Under the pieces are notes generated by a model that was given only the letters and a program-made list of their open reading frames with translations, searched no databases and had not been told where the DNA came from. The position numbers and the translations under genes were made by a program. This document shows positions 47,601 through 56,575 of a DNA stretch of 64,000 bases, in pieces. Location: the NCBI GenBank assembly GCA_041739995.1, contig JBGSMV010000047.1, positions 64,001 to 128,000 of the forward strand. The letters run 5' to 3'. Source of the stretch: Bdellovibrionota bacterium. GTDB taxonomy: Bacteria > Bdellovibrionota_C > UBA2361 > JBGSMV01. The first letter of the stretch is position 1. Each line of letters starts with the position of its first letter.

Positions 47601-50384
47601 AACGATTGGGGTATCAAGGGTACCAGTTCTGATGCGCCACATCATCGCCATTCAACGGCCAAGGAAAAAGGTGGGGCTATCAATGGCGGTCAAAAATCCT
47701 TGCCGCCGACTCGTCCGGAGGACCGCGATCACCTTCGCATCCGCGGCGCGACAGAGCACAACCTCAAGAATATCTCCATTGACATTCCTTTGCGTCGTTT
47801 TGTGGCGCTGACTGGCGTAAGTGGATCAGGAAAAAGCACCCTCGCAAAAGATATCATTTATGCGGAAGGACAACGCCGCTACCTGGATTGCCTCTCTCCC
47901 TATGCCCGCCAGTTCATCAAAGAACTTAAAAAACCGGACATAGAAGACATTAAAAATGTCATGCCCACCATCTGTGTGTATCAACATACTTTTCAGCCTT
48001 CGCGGCTTTCTACCGTGGGGACGATGTCAGAGATCTACAACTTTCTTCGCCTGCTGTACGCAAAAACTGGGGTGCAGCACTGTCCCGACCATCCCGACAA
48101 GAGGATCTCGCCACTCTCACCGGAAGACATTGCACGTACCATTCGCGCGATGAAAGAGAAATCAGTACGCGTTCTCGCGCCCATCATCAAGATGAAGAAG
48201 GGCAATCACCGCGCAGTCTTGGAACGAGCAACTTCGTCTGAGCTCACCCAAATTCGAATTGATGGTGTCTTCCTCTCGCCTGGGACCGTGCAAATGTCAG
48301 GAGGTCTTGAGAAAAACAAGCCACACTCAATTGATTTTGTCCTTGGCAAGTTTAATCCGGCACAGGTTGAAGACGGAATCATGACTGAAATGGTCGCTCA
48401 AGCGCTCAGTCTTGGTGGCGGAAATTTGATTGTCGTCAAAGACAAGGACGAGGTTATTTTTAGCACCGAACGCACCTGCCCTGAGTGCAAGCGTGGTTTC
48501 TTTAAACCAGACCCTGAAGACCTCTCGTTTAATTCCAAGCGCGGCCGCTGTCCGTCTTGCGATGGTTCGGGGAAGCATAGTGGTAAGGGTGGCACACTCA
48601 CCAACTTACCCTGCAAAGAGTGCGGCGGGGCACGCCTAGGACCACTCGGACGCAACCTTCGACTCGATGGACGAGCCATCCATGAGGCAAGCGCTTTAAC
48701 TCCCCAAGAACTTACTGCGTTCATTCAGACAATTCCGTTTGGTGAGGGACATGCGCGCATTGCGGAACCTGTGCTTCGTGAGCTGCTTGAAAAGGCCGAA
48801 ACACTGGTCACTATCGGGCTCGATTATTTGAGCCTGTCTCGGGACTGCAATTCACTGTCCAGCGGTGAATTGCAGCGCCTGAGGCTTGCCACCGCAATGG
48901 GCTCTCCTTTGAGCGGCGCCATGTACATTTTTGACGAACCAAGCGCCGGCCTTCATCCACTGGACAACAGAAGAGTGCTTGGGTGCCTAGAACGACTGCT
49001 CGACCGCGACAATTCGATTCTAATGATTGAACACGACAGCGACAGCATTCGAAGCGCTGAGTACATCATCGATGTGGGGCCAGGCGGTGGTAGAGAAGGT
49101 GGAAATATTGTGTTTGAAGGGGCGCTGCCTGAGTTTCTAAAGCATGCTGACTCAATTACCGCGCAGTGTTTAAGAGAGGAGAGCGGTTTAGGGGAAGAGA
49201 ACTCCTCAATCTTCAATCCGGACTGTCCCTCAAGTTCGGCCCCCAGGACGGAAACCCATGCCCTAGCCGTGCCTCAAGCAATAAAACCTATAATCACCAA
49301 GAAAAATTCCAAGAAGCTCCCCCCTCAAGTTCTCACTCCCGCTGTCGCTCCGAATCTTTCAATACGCAACGCGTCAATGCACAACATCAAGGGACTTTCT
49401 CTCGTCCTACCCCTGGGCAAACTAGTGGCTATCGCTGGGGTTTCAGGGGCCGGTAAAAGTTCCTTTCTACACGGCATTGTCTCCAGTGTTTTACGAAGCT
49501 CGGTAAAGTCAAAAACCCACTGGGGTACTGACTATGCCTCGCTTGAGAGCAACGTAGAAATTGAACGGGTGCTCGAAGTCGATCAGAAACCGATTGGAAT
49601 CAACTCACGATCTACTCCAGCCTCCTACCTCAAAGTGTTCGATGACGTGCGAATACTTTTCTCTAGCACCAACGAAGCTAAGGCGCGCGGCTGGACTCCT
49701 GGTTTCTTCTCCTACAACTCAGGCAAAGGGCGTTGCCTTGCGTGTAAGGGACTTGGAGTTATTAAACTTGAGATGAGTTTTTTGCCTGATGCGCGAGTGG
49801 AATGCGAATCATGCCGCGGCGATCGGTACGCAGACGAAGCTCTCTCGGTGAAATATCTTGGACTTTCCATCGCGGATGTTCTCAAACTTACTTTCTCGGA
49901 AGCAAAGAGCGTTTTCGCAAATCACCGCCGCATTCATCACAAGCTGCACTTGGCTTGTGAACTTGGACTGGGTTACCTGACACTAGGGCAAAGCTCAGCG
50001 TCTCTTTCGGGCGGAGAAAGCCAAAGATTAAAGCTAGTGGCTGAGCTGGCAACGCCTCGGCGTGGTCACACTATATATATGCTCGACGAGCCAACCACAG
50101 GGCTTCACAAGGCGGATGTTCAAAAGCTATTGCACACACTCGGAGACCTCGTGAGACTTGGCAACAGCGTGCTGGTGATTGAGCATGACCGCGACGTAAT
50201 TCTTAAAGCTGATCATGTGATTGAGTTTGGTCCTGGGCCCGGAGAGCGGGGTGGCACAGTAGTGTTCCAAGGGGATTCTAAGCACCTCCTCAACGCAACA
50301 ACGAACTGGGGAGAAGTTCTGAAAGAATCGGCGCTTAAAGCATTTTCCGCACCAATCGAAAACATTGGCATGTCAGCTCACTAG
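44610..50384 (+). CDS. uvrA: Double-length (tandem) excinuclease ABC subunit UvrA
   Basis: Four Walker A motifs (GxSGxGKS), four signature motifs (LSGGE/LSSGE), several CxxC zinc fingers, and two YAEGQRRY starts. Confidence 0.96.
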   Translation: MGVEKKTLRVEGARENNLKQITLSVPHDQLTVVTGLSGSGKSSLAFDTIYAEGQRRYIETFSPYTRQFFDKVKKPDVDAIHGVRPAVAIQQRTRITSSRSTVGSMTDINDYLKVLWANLATPVCSSCGIELRRYRPRELATLLTEWLHIRPHSTFLICGAISLSPAESRVSPPRKTGASKKAKKTSAPKRLGTDISPLQVCTELSALGFSRVFDPRSANTLQLDEISEMPVNEAQRALLVLDRVRAGSAKSPALTKRLTESIDQSYSLATHKLPSGARGLELCCIVEINDEPLTHRPFLTVLNGPKQENQKPAPFRLHEFAPVFRCERGSFQIAPSRPSLFSFNNPVGACPDCKGFGKALTVDRSLCVPNPNLSLKEKAIQCWAGPGARIELKELLKFCQVENIPVDVPWKLLSDLDKEKIFTTKNKDFWGILPWFKWVERKTYKMHVRVFLSKYRTQVPCLTCEGTRLKPEALAYKLKGKNIHEIWNLPIAQVVKFVRSLQEDSASLSNVPRALKDLFEALLARLSFLDDLGLSYLTLERQARTLSGGETQRVNLATALGSELVSTQFVLDEPSVGLHARDSARLIRAVRSLADRGNSVLVVEHDLEFIRSADHIIELGPRAGAEGGSVVFAGELQDWSGIKVSLPHMASPDAFRSQPRTNLSFKNATARNLKGLSGEIPLQSFVCLTGVSGSGKSSLVSEVIVKSYERHKLGIVEESNPGDCQGFEHLDQVLVIDQAPLAKSPRANIATYSGIWDSVRDLLAATDSAKSFALSKSSFSFNVDAGRCPECSGVGFIREDMQFLSDVYVPCELCLGKRFQQTVLDVQYSGKNVSEILGLSIEQCKSFFSSGSTIVSAASILCDLGLGHLTLGHPLSELSGGEAQRLKLVPVIEASRRAHLPSSKGTLLIFDEPTTGLHQHDVERLISVFSLLRSQGHSILCIEHNLSLIASADWLIDLGPEGGELGGQIVATGTPAEFLSDPILSRSYTAQYLKSFLNDWGIKGTSSDAPHHRHSTAKEKGGAINGGQKSLPPTRPEDRDHLRIRGATEHNLKNISIDIPLRRFVALTGVSGSGKSTLAKDIIYAEGQRRYLDCLSPYARQFIKELKKPDIEDIKNVMPTICVYQHTFQPSRLSTVGTMSEIYNFLRLLYAKTGVQHCPDHPDKRISPLSPEDIARTIRAMKEKSVRVLAPIIKMKKGNHRAVLERATSSELTQIRIDGVFLSPGTVQMSGGLEKNKPHSIDFVLGKFNPAQVEDGIMTEMVAQALSLGGGNLIVVKDKDEVIFSTERTCPECKRGFFKPDPEDLSFNSKRGRCPSCDGSGKHSGKGGTLTNLPCKECGGARLGPLGRNLRLDGRAIHEASALTPQELTAFIQTIPFGEGHARIAEPVLRELLEKAETLVTIGLDYLSLSRDCNSLSSGELQRLRLATAMGSPLSGAMYIFDEPSAGLHPLDNRRVLGCLERLLDRDNSILMIEHDSDSIRSAEYIIDVGPGGGREGGNIVFEGALPEFLKHADSITAQCLREESGLGEENSSIFNPDCPSSSAPRTETHALAVPQAIKPIITKKNSKKLPPQVLTPAVAPNLSIRNASMHNIKGLSLVLPLGKLVAIAGVSGAGKSSFLHGIVSSVLRSSVKSKTHWGTDYASLESNVEIERVLEVDQKPIGINSRSTPASYLKVFDDVRILFSSTNEAKARGWTPGFFSYNSGKGRCLACKGLGVIKLEMSFLPDARVECESCRGDRYADEALSVKYLGLSIADVLKLTFSEAKSVFANHRRIHHKLHLACELGLGYLTLGQSSASLSGGESQRLKLVAELATPRRGHTIYMLDEPTTGLHKADVQKLLHTLGDLVRLGNSVLVIEHDRDVILKADHVIEFGPGPGERGGTVVFQGDSKHLLNATTNWGEVLKESALKAFSAPIENIGMSAH

Positions 50385-50812
50385 TGTGGTGAGTCAATGA
50401 ATTCTTGCAGAAGTAAAGCTCACCACACTAGCCGGCCATGGATGGCCGGACAGCCAGCGCAGCAGGCTGGAGCGACGCGGAGCTGGGGTTCACGGGGCCC
50501 CCAGCGGAGCTTGGAGCGAGTTTGACGAAGGACAGGAGTCCGGAGTCAAATCAACTATGCCTAGTGGCCCGAGCCACCAGGTTTTCTATTGTGCAATTCA
50601 CTTCTGACTCGGGACACTAGTGTGGTGAGTCAATGAATTCTTGCAGAAGTAAAGCTCACCACACTAGCCGGCCATGAATGGCCGGCTAGCCAGCGCAGCA
50701 TGCTGGCGCGACGCGGAGCTGGGATTCATGGGGCCCTCGAGCGGAGCTTGGAGCGAGTTTGACGAAGGACAGGAGTCCGGAGTCAAATCAACTATGCCTA
50801 GTGGCCCGAGCC
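50381..50812. repeat. Tandem ~236-bp duplication built from CTAG-bounded mini-elements
   Basis: An identical 51-bp element with 13-bp TIRs (CTAGTGTGGTGAG) at 50381-50431 and 50617-50667, each followed by a near-identical ~135-bp module. Confidence 0.92.
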
Positions 50813-50964
50813 GCTCAAGTGTGCCTGTGCTGCTATTAAATTCGATCAGGCTTCCTCTTCCGCCAAGGCTACCGAGGACAAGTCGGCGGGACGTCGTCGT
50901 CTGTGCCTCTCGTCTGTGCCTCTCTTCTGTGCTTCTCGTCTGTGCTTCTGTCACAGACTCCTAG
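50812..50964. mobile_element. MITE family 2 copy with an internal 4 x 13-bp tandem repeat
   Basis: Reverse-complement match to 63773-63855. C(G/T)TCTGTGC(C/T)TCT x4 at 50898-50949. Ends GTCACAGACTCCTAG. Confidence 0.8.
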
Positions 50965-51872
50965 AATAAATTATCAATCGACAGGTAACGCTCCCCGGTA
51001 TCATAACAGAAAGTGAGGACTGTACTTCCTGGTGGAATTTCCTTGGCCTTCTGTGCAACTGCCGCAAGCGAAGCGCCTGAGGAAATGCCTACGAAAATTC
51101 CTTCCTGCAGTGCCACCTTTTTTGCAAACTCGAACGCAGCTTCAGGCTCAACCTGAATTACCCCATCGAGCACATTCTGGTTCAGATTCTTCGGGATGAA
51201 TCCTGCTCCAATCCCTTGAATCGAATGCGGACCCGGTTGTCCACCGCTAATGACAGGGGACTTAGTGGGTTCAACCGCATAGACTTTTAGTTCTGGAAAC
51301 TTTTCCTTAAGAACCTCAGCACAACCTGAAATATGCCCTCCCGTTCCTACTCCTGTGATGATCACGTCGAGCCCATCAGGAAAATCGTTGGCAATTTCTT
51401 GCGCGGTCGTTCGACGATGAACTTCAAGGTTAGCCGGGTTCTCGAACTGCTGTGGCATCCATGATCCCGGTGTTTCCGCAACAAGCTGCTGCGCTCTTTC
51501 AATCGCACCCTTCATGCCTTTCTCTTTCGGTGTGAGGTCTAGCTTTGCACCCAACGCAAGCATATAGCGACGTCGCTCCAAGGACATTGATTCTGGCATT
51601 ACGAGCACAATTTTATACCCCTTCACCGCAGCCACCATCGCCAAACCGATGCCTGTGTTTCCAGAAGTTGGCTCAATAATGGTCGCCCCCTTAGAAAGCA
51701 CACCTCGTTTTTCGGCGTCTTCAACCATGGAGAGCGCGATTCGATCTTTAATACTTCCGCCGGGATTCGCTCGTTCAAGCTTCATCCATACCTGCAAATC
51801 AGGACCAAACAAGCGTTGCAGTCTGACGTGTGGGGTGTTGCCGATAGTTTCAAGGATGCTTAACGCTTTCAT
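50961..51872 (-). CDS. cysK: Cysteine synthase A
   Basis: [37 protein letters not shown]. Confidence 0.97.
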   Translation of the reverse strand: MKALSILETIGNTPHVRLQRLFGPDLQVWMKLERANPGGSIKDRIALSMVEDAEKRGVLSKGATIIEPTSGNTGIGLAMVAAVKGYKIVLVMPESMSLERRRYMLALGAKLDLTPKEKGMKGAIERAQQLVAETPGSWMPQQFENPANLEVHRRTTAQEIANDFPDGLDVIITGVGTGGHISGCAEVLKEKFPELKVYAVEPTKSPVISGGQPGPHSIQGIGAGFIPKNLNQNVLDGVIQVEPEAAFEFAKKVALQEGIFVGISSGASLAAVAQKAKEIPPGSTVLTFCYDTGERYLSIDNLF

Positions 51873-51915
51873 GGCCGTTGTTTCTCCGCATAAATTATAA
51901 TGGCACTACCTACAC

Positions 51916-53217
51916 TCAGGAGACCGATCCAAGTGCTTGATCTAAATCCCGGATGACGTCATCGGGATTCTCAATGCCCACAGAAAGTCGAATCCCCCCC
52001 GGCTCCATTCCCGCCTTAATCTGCTCCTCGGCCGAATAGGCTACATGTGTAGTGGAACCCGGGTGCTCAATCAGTGTGCGAAGATGTCCTAAGCTAACCG
52101 CCAATGTCACCGTGTATGAGTTCTGCGCCACAAAGTCCATCATCTTGGCGCCTTGAACTTTTGAGTCGTCTGGGGTCTTTCCTTTAAGAGAAAAGTAAAT
52201 CATGAATCCCGGTGCAAAGTTTCCTTCGTAATCCTTCAACATTCGCTGAGCAAGATCGTACTGAGGAAAGGAGGGCAGTCCAGGATACCGAACCTGGCCT
52301 ATCTTCGGGTGCTCTTCTAGGAACTTGGCTACTTTCATAGCGTTCGCTTGCTGTCGTGGAATCCTCAAACCAAGAGTAGCAACACCATAGTTCAAAATAT
52401 GCCACGCGGTTTGAGGAGATAGGATGCCGCCAAAATCCTTGCGATTCATGAACAGAGGCCCATAAAATTCTTTGCGTGTAAGTACGGCGCCTCCCATGTG
52501 CGTACCAAATCCACTAATGCCTTTAGTAAGACTGTGCAGCACCACATCAACTCCGAATGAGATCGGCCGTTGGCACCACGGCGTAGCAAAAGTGTTATCA
52601 ATAACGGTGACTATGCGCTCCGACTCTGAGCGCGTCGCGTTGAGCTCTCGAACCAGTTTAACAATGCGTTCAAGGTCAAGGAGTTCGAGGGTGGGGTTTG
52701 CGGGAGATTCAAGATACAGCACGCGCGTCTGGGGCGTAACCAGCGAGAGAAAGCTCGCCGGCTTTGAAAGGTTGCACATGTGGACCTTAAATCCGAACTT
52801 CGGAAACCAGTGCGTAAAGAGACTATAAGTGCACCCATATAGAGTGGAGTGGGCTATCACTTCTGAGCCACGCTCAAGTAAGAACGTGCTGGCAGCCTGA
52901 ACTGCCGCCATACCAGAGGCGAAGGTCATTCCAAACTCCGCTTGTTCAGCCACTGCAAGCGCATGCTCCAACATGAGATTATTTGGCTCTCCCATGCGGT
53001 CATAGACATACATAGGATCGGCTCTGCCATCGGAGAGTTTTCCTAAAGCTCCAAAGGCAAGCGCCCCTCGCTCTGAGGAATCGAGGCGGAAGGTGCTGGA
53101 AGACGTAATGGGAGGAATGACATGATGAGAATAGTCCCAGGCCTCGCTCACTGACTTTCCATACAAAAGCTGAGTGGGAATGCTGTACTGAGATTCATCA
53201 AGTTTTTTCAAAGGCAT
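51916..53217 (-). CDS. PLP trans-sulfuration enzyme, probably methionine gamma-lyase
   Basis: FASGMAA, LYGCT (the Cys typical of MGL), ESPANP, DNTF, HSLTK (PLP Lys), AVSLG. Confidence 0.88.
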   Translation of the reverse strand: MPLKKLDESQYSIPTQLLYGKSVSEAWDYSHHVIPPITSSSTFRLDSSERGALAFGALGKLSDGRADPMYVYDRMGEPNNLMLEHALAVAEQAEFGMTFASGMAAVQAASTFLLERGSEVIAHSTLYGCTYSLFTHWFPKFGFKVHMCNLSKPASFLSLVTPQTRVLYLESPANPTLELLDLERIVKLVRELNATRSESERIVTVIDNTFATPWCQRPISFGVDVVLHSLTKGISGFGTHMGGAVLTRKEFYGPLFMNRKDFGGILSPQTAWHILNYGVATLGLRIPRQQANAMKVAKFLEEHPKIGQVRYPGLPSFPQYDLAQRMLKDYEGNFAPGFMIYFSLKGKTPDDSKVQGAKMMDFVAQNSYTVTLAVSLGHLRTLIEHPGSTTHVAYSAEEQIKAGMEPGGIRLSVGIENPDDVIRDLDQALGSVS

Positions 53218-53249
53218 GATTCACCTAAAGCTAATATGTGTTTAAATCT

Positions 53250-53392
53250 AGCGCCCTCTGAAAAGCTCCTGTTTCTATCTTCGTGCGCTTTGTGGTCTTC
53301 GTGGTTTATTCAAATTTAGGCCATTTTCTACAGCCTATTTGCACCACCAAGAACACAAAGACCACTAGGATTTAGTTCTTCAGAGATTCCCT
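53250..53392. repeat. Long imperfect inverted repeat (REP/MITE-like)
   Basis: CTCTGAA/TTCAGAG outer arms. CTTTGTGGTCTTCGTGGT / ACCACCAAGAACACAAAG inner arms. Confidence 0.65.
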
Positions 53393-53552
53393 GACGCTCT
53401 TAAGCAGCTGAAAACATGGCTGCGAACAAGTCCAGAACTCTTAGTCTATTCTGCGCCATTGAGCGTCGTGGTCACTGTAGCATAGATTCTGCGAGGGCTG
53501 CAGCGACTTTAACGAGTCTTGTAACCTATGATCGCTGGGTGAGAAGGATCTT

Positions 53553-53972
53553 TTAGGGAGTAGTCGGTGGTTGGCTTACGGGACGTCTTCCTACAAAAAA
53601 GGCGCTCGCGAGCAGCAGCAACCCAAAGCCAACACCAAGTAACGGCTGAGCCCAGCGGGCGCGCCAAGAATCAACAAGCGCCCTAGTTGGCGAACGTGGA
53701 TCAAAGAGCAGTCGAATGCTGCTCCCATACTCAATGGTGAGCGGAAAGTTATAGGACTGCAGTTCAAGTTGATGGGTTGTTCCCTCGCGATCGGTGAACG
53801 ACACCACTGGATACGCGTGCACTGCTTTCCCAGGCCAGGGTTTGCGGGATTGAAGAGAGGTGACTTTTGCCTCTACGTACTCTCCGCCAGAAACCATTCT
53901 CACCACATGAATCAAGGAGTAGGAGCCAATCAACAGTGGCACACAGGCGCACACCAGCAGGAGGATACCCAA
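53553..53972 (-). CDS. DUF3592 family membrane protein
   Basis: TM segment, then AKVT..YPVVSFTD.EG..LFDPxSPxxA, then a second TM segment. Confidence 0.82.
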   Translation of the reverse strand: MGILLLVCACVPLLIGSYSLIHVVRMVSGGEYVEAKVTSLQSRKPWPGKAVHAYPVVSFTDREGTTHQLELQSYNFPLTIEYGSSIRLLFDPRSPTRALVDSWRARWAQPLLGVGFGLLLLASAFFVGRRPVSQPPTTP

Positions 53973-54081
53973 ACTATCGAATCGCTTAAACGTATTGCCT
54001 CCCCATTGTAGTCGCGCAGTTTTGGTCGCGCCGTAGTGGTCGTCTCACAATGATATAAGCCCGCACCCGATCTAGGCAACT

Positions 54082-54113
54082 TCGTCGTCGGTGCCTGCGT
54101 CACAGACTCCTAG
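54082..54113. mobile_element. MITE family 2 end fragment
   Basis: TCGTCGTCGGTGCCTGCGTCACAGACTCCTAG matches the end at 50964. Confidence 0.65.
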
Positions 54114-54273
54114 GGGTCCCGAGCCCCGCGAAGTCTATCTGGTGAATGAGCAAGATCCTAGTCGGTTCTATTTCTCTGTTGATGATATCGTGGGAAACTG
54201 TCTGCCGTCTCAGAGGTCTTTATACGGTCGCCCCACCCTTGCGGAGGCGCGCGCTACATACCCGAAGCACCAC

Positions 54274-55851
54274 ATGACGTCTGTACTTCAAAATATTGAG
54301 CGCGATTTAGAACTGCGTGGCGTGCTATACCCGCTGTCATTTCGCTCTCCTGAGCATAGGCACCTTGCGGTACAGCGAGCCTCTGCGCGCACGCTCTCAA
54401 AGGAAGTTTTGCAGGCTCTCAGAGACCAGAATCCACTCATCACAGCTCTTAATGATGCAGATTCTCATCCACTTGCATTCGTGGTTACCGGTCAGCAGCT
54501 TGGATATTTGGGCGGTCCGCTTCTGACCCTCTACAAAGCACTGTCTGCCATATCAACAAGTCGAGTCTTTGAAGCTGAGACTGGAGTAAAAGTTATTCCG
54601 TTATTTTGGCTTCAGTCAGAAGATCATGACTATGAAGAAATTCGAACCGCCTCTTTCCTTTCTCAAGACAACCAGATTGAAACTCTCTCTCTTCCGCCAA
54701 GTCCCACAGGTCTAGGGGGATCGGTCGGGGCTATTCAAATAGATGACACTTCTGCAACCCAAGCTGCCGCATTTCTAAAGGCCAAATTCGGCGATTCTGC
54801 TTCTGAAAAAAGTATCGACGCGATTATTCAAGCCTATAGCGCAGGTAACTCTCTAAGCACTTCACTTGCGGAACTACTTCGACATTTTCTTGGTGGCGAA
54901 GGCCTGCTAGTGCTCGATGCTCATGACCCGCGTATTAAACAATTTTCGGTAGAATTTCTTCTCAGATTTTTTAGAGACTCCGAAGAAATTGAGCATGCTC
55001 TCTTGAAGCGCGCTCAACTTCTTGAATCACACCAGCTCCCGGTGAAAGTCCCTGTGCGAGTTGGGTATCCACTGCCGTTTGTTGAGTTTGGTGGCAAAAG
55101 GGAGCGAATACGAAAGATAAACGAGTCAACTTTTCAAAGTTCACAAGGGGAGATTTCTGCTGACCAACTCTATGCTGCGCTGAGACATTCTCCGATGCGC
55201 CTCACCACCTCTGCTCTCGCACGACCGCTTTTTCAAGACTTCCTGCTCCCCACTGCTGCCTACATAGGAGGAGCGGCAGAAGTGGCCTACTGGGCCCAGC
55301 TCTCCGGAGTTTACGAACTCTTAGGGGTTGACATGCCGCTGGTGATACCGCGAGCTCAGTTCGCTTTGTGCACTGAGAGACAGCAGACCATGATGAAAGA
55401 ACTAAAACTTTCCATCTCTGATCTCGCACGCAGCGACGAAGATCTGGTCCTCTCGCGGGCAACTTCCTCTGAGCACCCAGACGCATTATTTAAGAGGACC
55501 GAAGATGCGATTGAAACCGAAATGGCTCGGCTTGCAAAAGACATTTCTGGAATTCAGGTACCCGCGGTGAGCGAAGGCATCGAACGCACTACTGGATCGA
55601 TGCTTTCAAATCTTTCGAAACTGAAAACACGCTATGCTCGCGCGATAACCGAAAGGGATTCGATATTTCTTGCCCGAGTAAATAAATTAAGGGCTTCGCT
55701 TCTTCCTGGCGGGCAAGATCAAGAACGGGTGATTTGTGCTACCCAGTTACTCGCTCAAGAAAATGACGGGCTTCTTAAGGAAATCATTTGTCAGCTCACC
55801 CCGTTTGAGCCGAGTGATATTCAACTACTTAGAATCTCCAAAGTGGCGTAA
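54274..55851 (+). CDS. bshC: Bacillithiol biosynthesis cysteine-adding enzyme BshC
   Basis: VTGQQ..GGPL.T.YK, FWLQSEDHD, RPLFQD..LPT.AYIGG.AEVAYWAQ, QER. ATG at 54274 preferred because the 54091 start lies inside a MITE end. Confidence 0.93.
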   Translation: MTSVLQNIERDLELRGVLYPLSFRSPEHRHLAVQRASARTLSKEVLQALRDQNPLITALNDADSHPLAFVVTGQQLGYLGGPLLTLYKALSAISTSRVFEAETGVKVIPLFWLQSEDHDYEEIRTASFLSQDNQIETLSLPPSPTGLGGSVGAIQIDDTSATQAAAFLKAKFGDSASEKSIDAIIQAYSAGNSLSTSLAELLRHFLGGEGLLVLDAHDPRIKQFSVEFLLRFFRDSEEIEHALLKRAQLLESHQLPVKVPVRVGYPLPFVEFGGKRERIRKINESTFQSSQGEISADQLYAALRHSPMRLTTSALARPLFQDFLLPTAAYIGGAAEVAYWAQLSGVYELLGVDMPLVIPRAQFALCTERQQTMMKELKLSISDLARSDEDLVLSRATSSEHPDALFKRTEDAIETEMARLAKDISGIQVPAVSEGIERTTGSMLSNLSKLKTRYARAITERDSIFLARVNKLRASLLPGGQDQERVICATQLLAQENDGLLKEIICQLTPFEPSDIQLLRISKVA

Positions 55852-55897
55852 GTGGTATGCTCGGGGCGGAAGATTCAAGCGCTTGCTGTGTCGGGAA

Positions 55898-56143
55898 TCA
55901 GGCGTAAGCCGCTAGGCGAAAGTTTGTTATTAATCGGATTCGGGCCGGAATTAAGAGCCCTGCCAGCTCGTCCTCACTAATGTCGGGGGCATCTTGCGGT
56001 AGGTGTCTAGTTCCTGAGTCTATCTGCTTCGCTACGGGAGGAGGGACGAGCGCGCTAAGCGCGTCGGCTGTAGACGAGGCCTCGGACGTCGACGCAGCCA
56101 CCACCCCGACTGCTATAAGTCCCTTAAGTGATTGCTGAAGCAT
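55898..56143 (-). CDS. Small secreted / precursor-like peptide, paralog 1
   Basis: 81 aa. 49/81 residues identical, ungapped, to 56226-56471. SD TAAGG. Confidence 0.8.
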   Translation of the reverse strand: MLQQSLKGLIAVGVVAASTSEASSTADALSALVPPPVAKQIDSGTRHLPQDAPDISEDELAGLLIPARIRLITNFRLAAYA

Positions 56144-56225
56144 GCGGGGACCTTATCGCAAAATGGAACCCAAAAGAAGAAAGGTTTTCGGGTCAACAGA
56201 TTTCGGAGCTAAAGCCTCTCCCGAA

Positions 56226-56471
56226 TCACGCGTAAGCAGTCTTGGGATAGCTTGTGGTCAGTAGCAAACGGTTCCAAATCAACTGTCCGGCCAAGGAATC
56301 GTCACTAATGCCCGGGGCCTCAGTCGGCGCAACCTCGATTCCCCCGTCGATCTGCTTTACAGCGGGGGGAGGCGTGAGCGCACTCAGCGCATCCTCTGGA
56401 AGCGAAGCCTTCGAAGTCGCCGCAGCAACTACGCCAACCGCCAGAAGTCCTTTGAACGATTGGTTAAGCAT
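56226..56471 (-). CDS. Small secreted / precursor-like peptide, paralog 2
   Basis: 81 aa. Same upstream motif and same AYA-TGA end as paralog 1. Confidence 0.8.
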   Translation of the reverse strand: MLNQSFKGLLAVGVVAAATSKASLPEDALSALTPPPAVKQIDGGIEVAPTEAPGISDDSLAGQLIWNRLLLTTSYPKTAYA

Positions 56472-56575
56472 GTGGGGACCTTAACGCAAAATGGCAGCCT
56501 AAAGAAGACAAACTCGTGGACCAGCGAATATCCTCAAATTTTGAACTTTTTCGCTCCGCTGGCTAGGATTCCGCT

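Noticed and set aside
50381..50812. CRISPR array (identical palindromic repeats)
   Set aside because: Only two 51-bp repeats, the ~185-bp intervening sequences are homologous rather than unique spacers, and there are no cas genes.
50438..50964. Short ORFs 50438-50620, 50664-50954 and 50674-50964
   Set aside because: They are translations of repeat DNA. The TSDSGH* end reflects the element's terminal repeat, not a real transposase.
53218..53552. SAM riboswitch upstream of the trans-sulfuration gene
   Set aside because: SAM-I core elements (ATC..GAG, GCAACC, GTGC) are not found in the right order.
55870..55900. Selenocysteine read-through of the peptide TGA codons
   Set aside because: Sequences after TGA TTC are not conserved between the paralogs, the hairpins do not resemble a SECIS, and no sel genes are visible.
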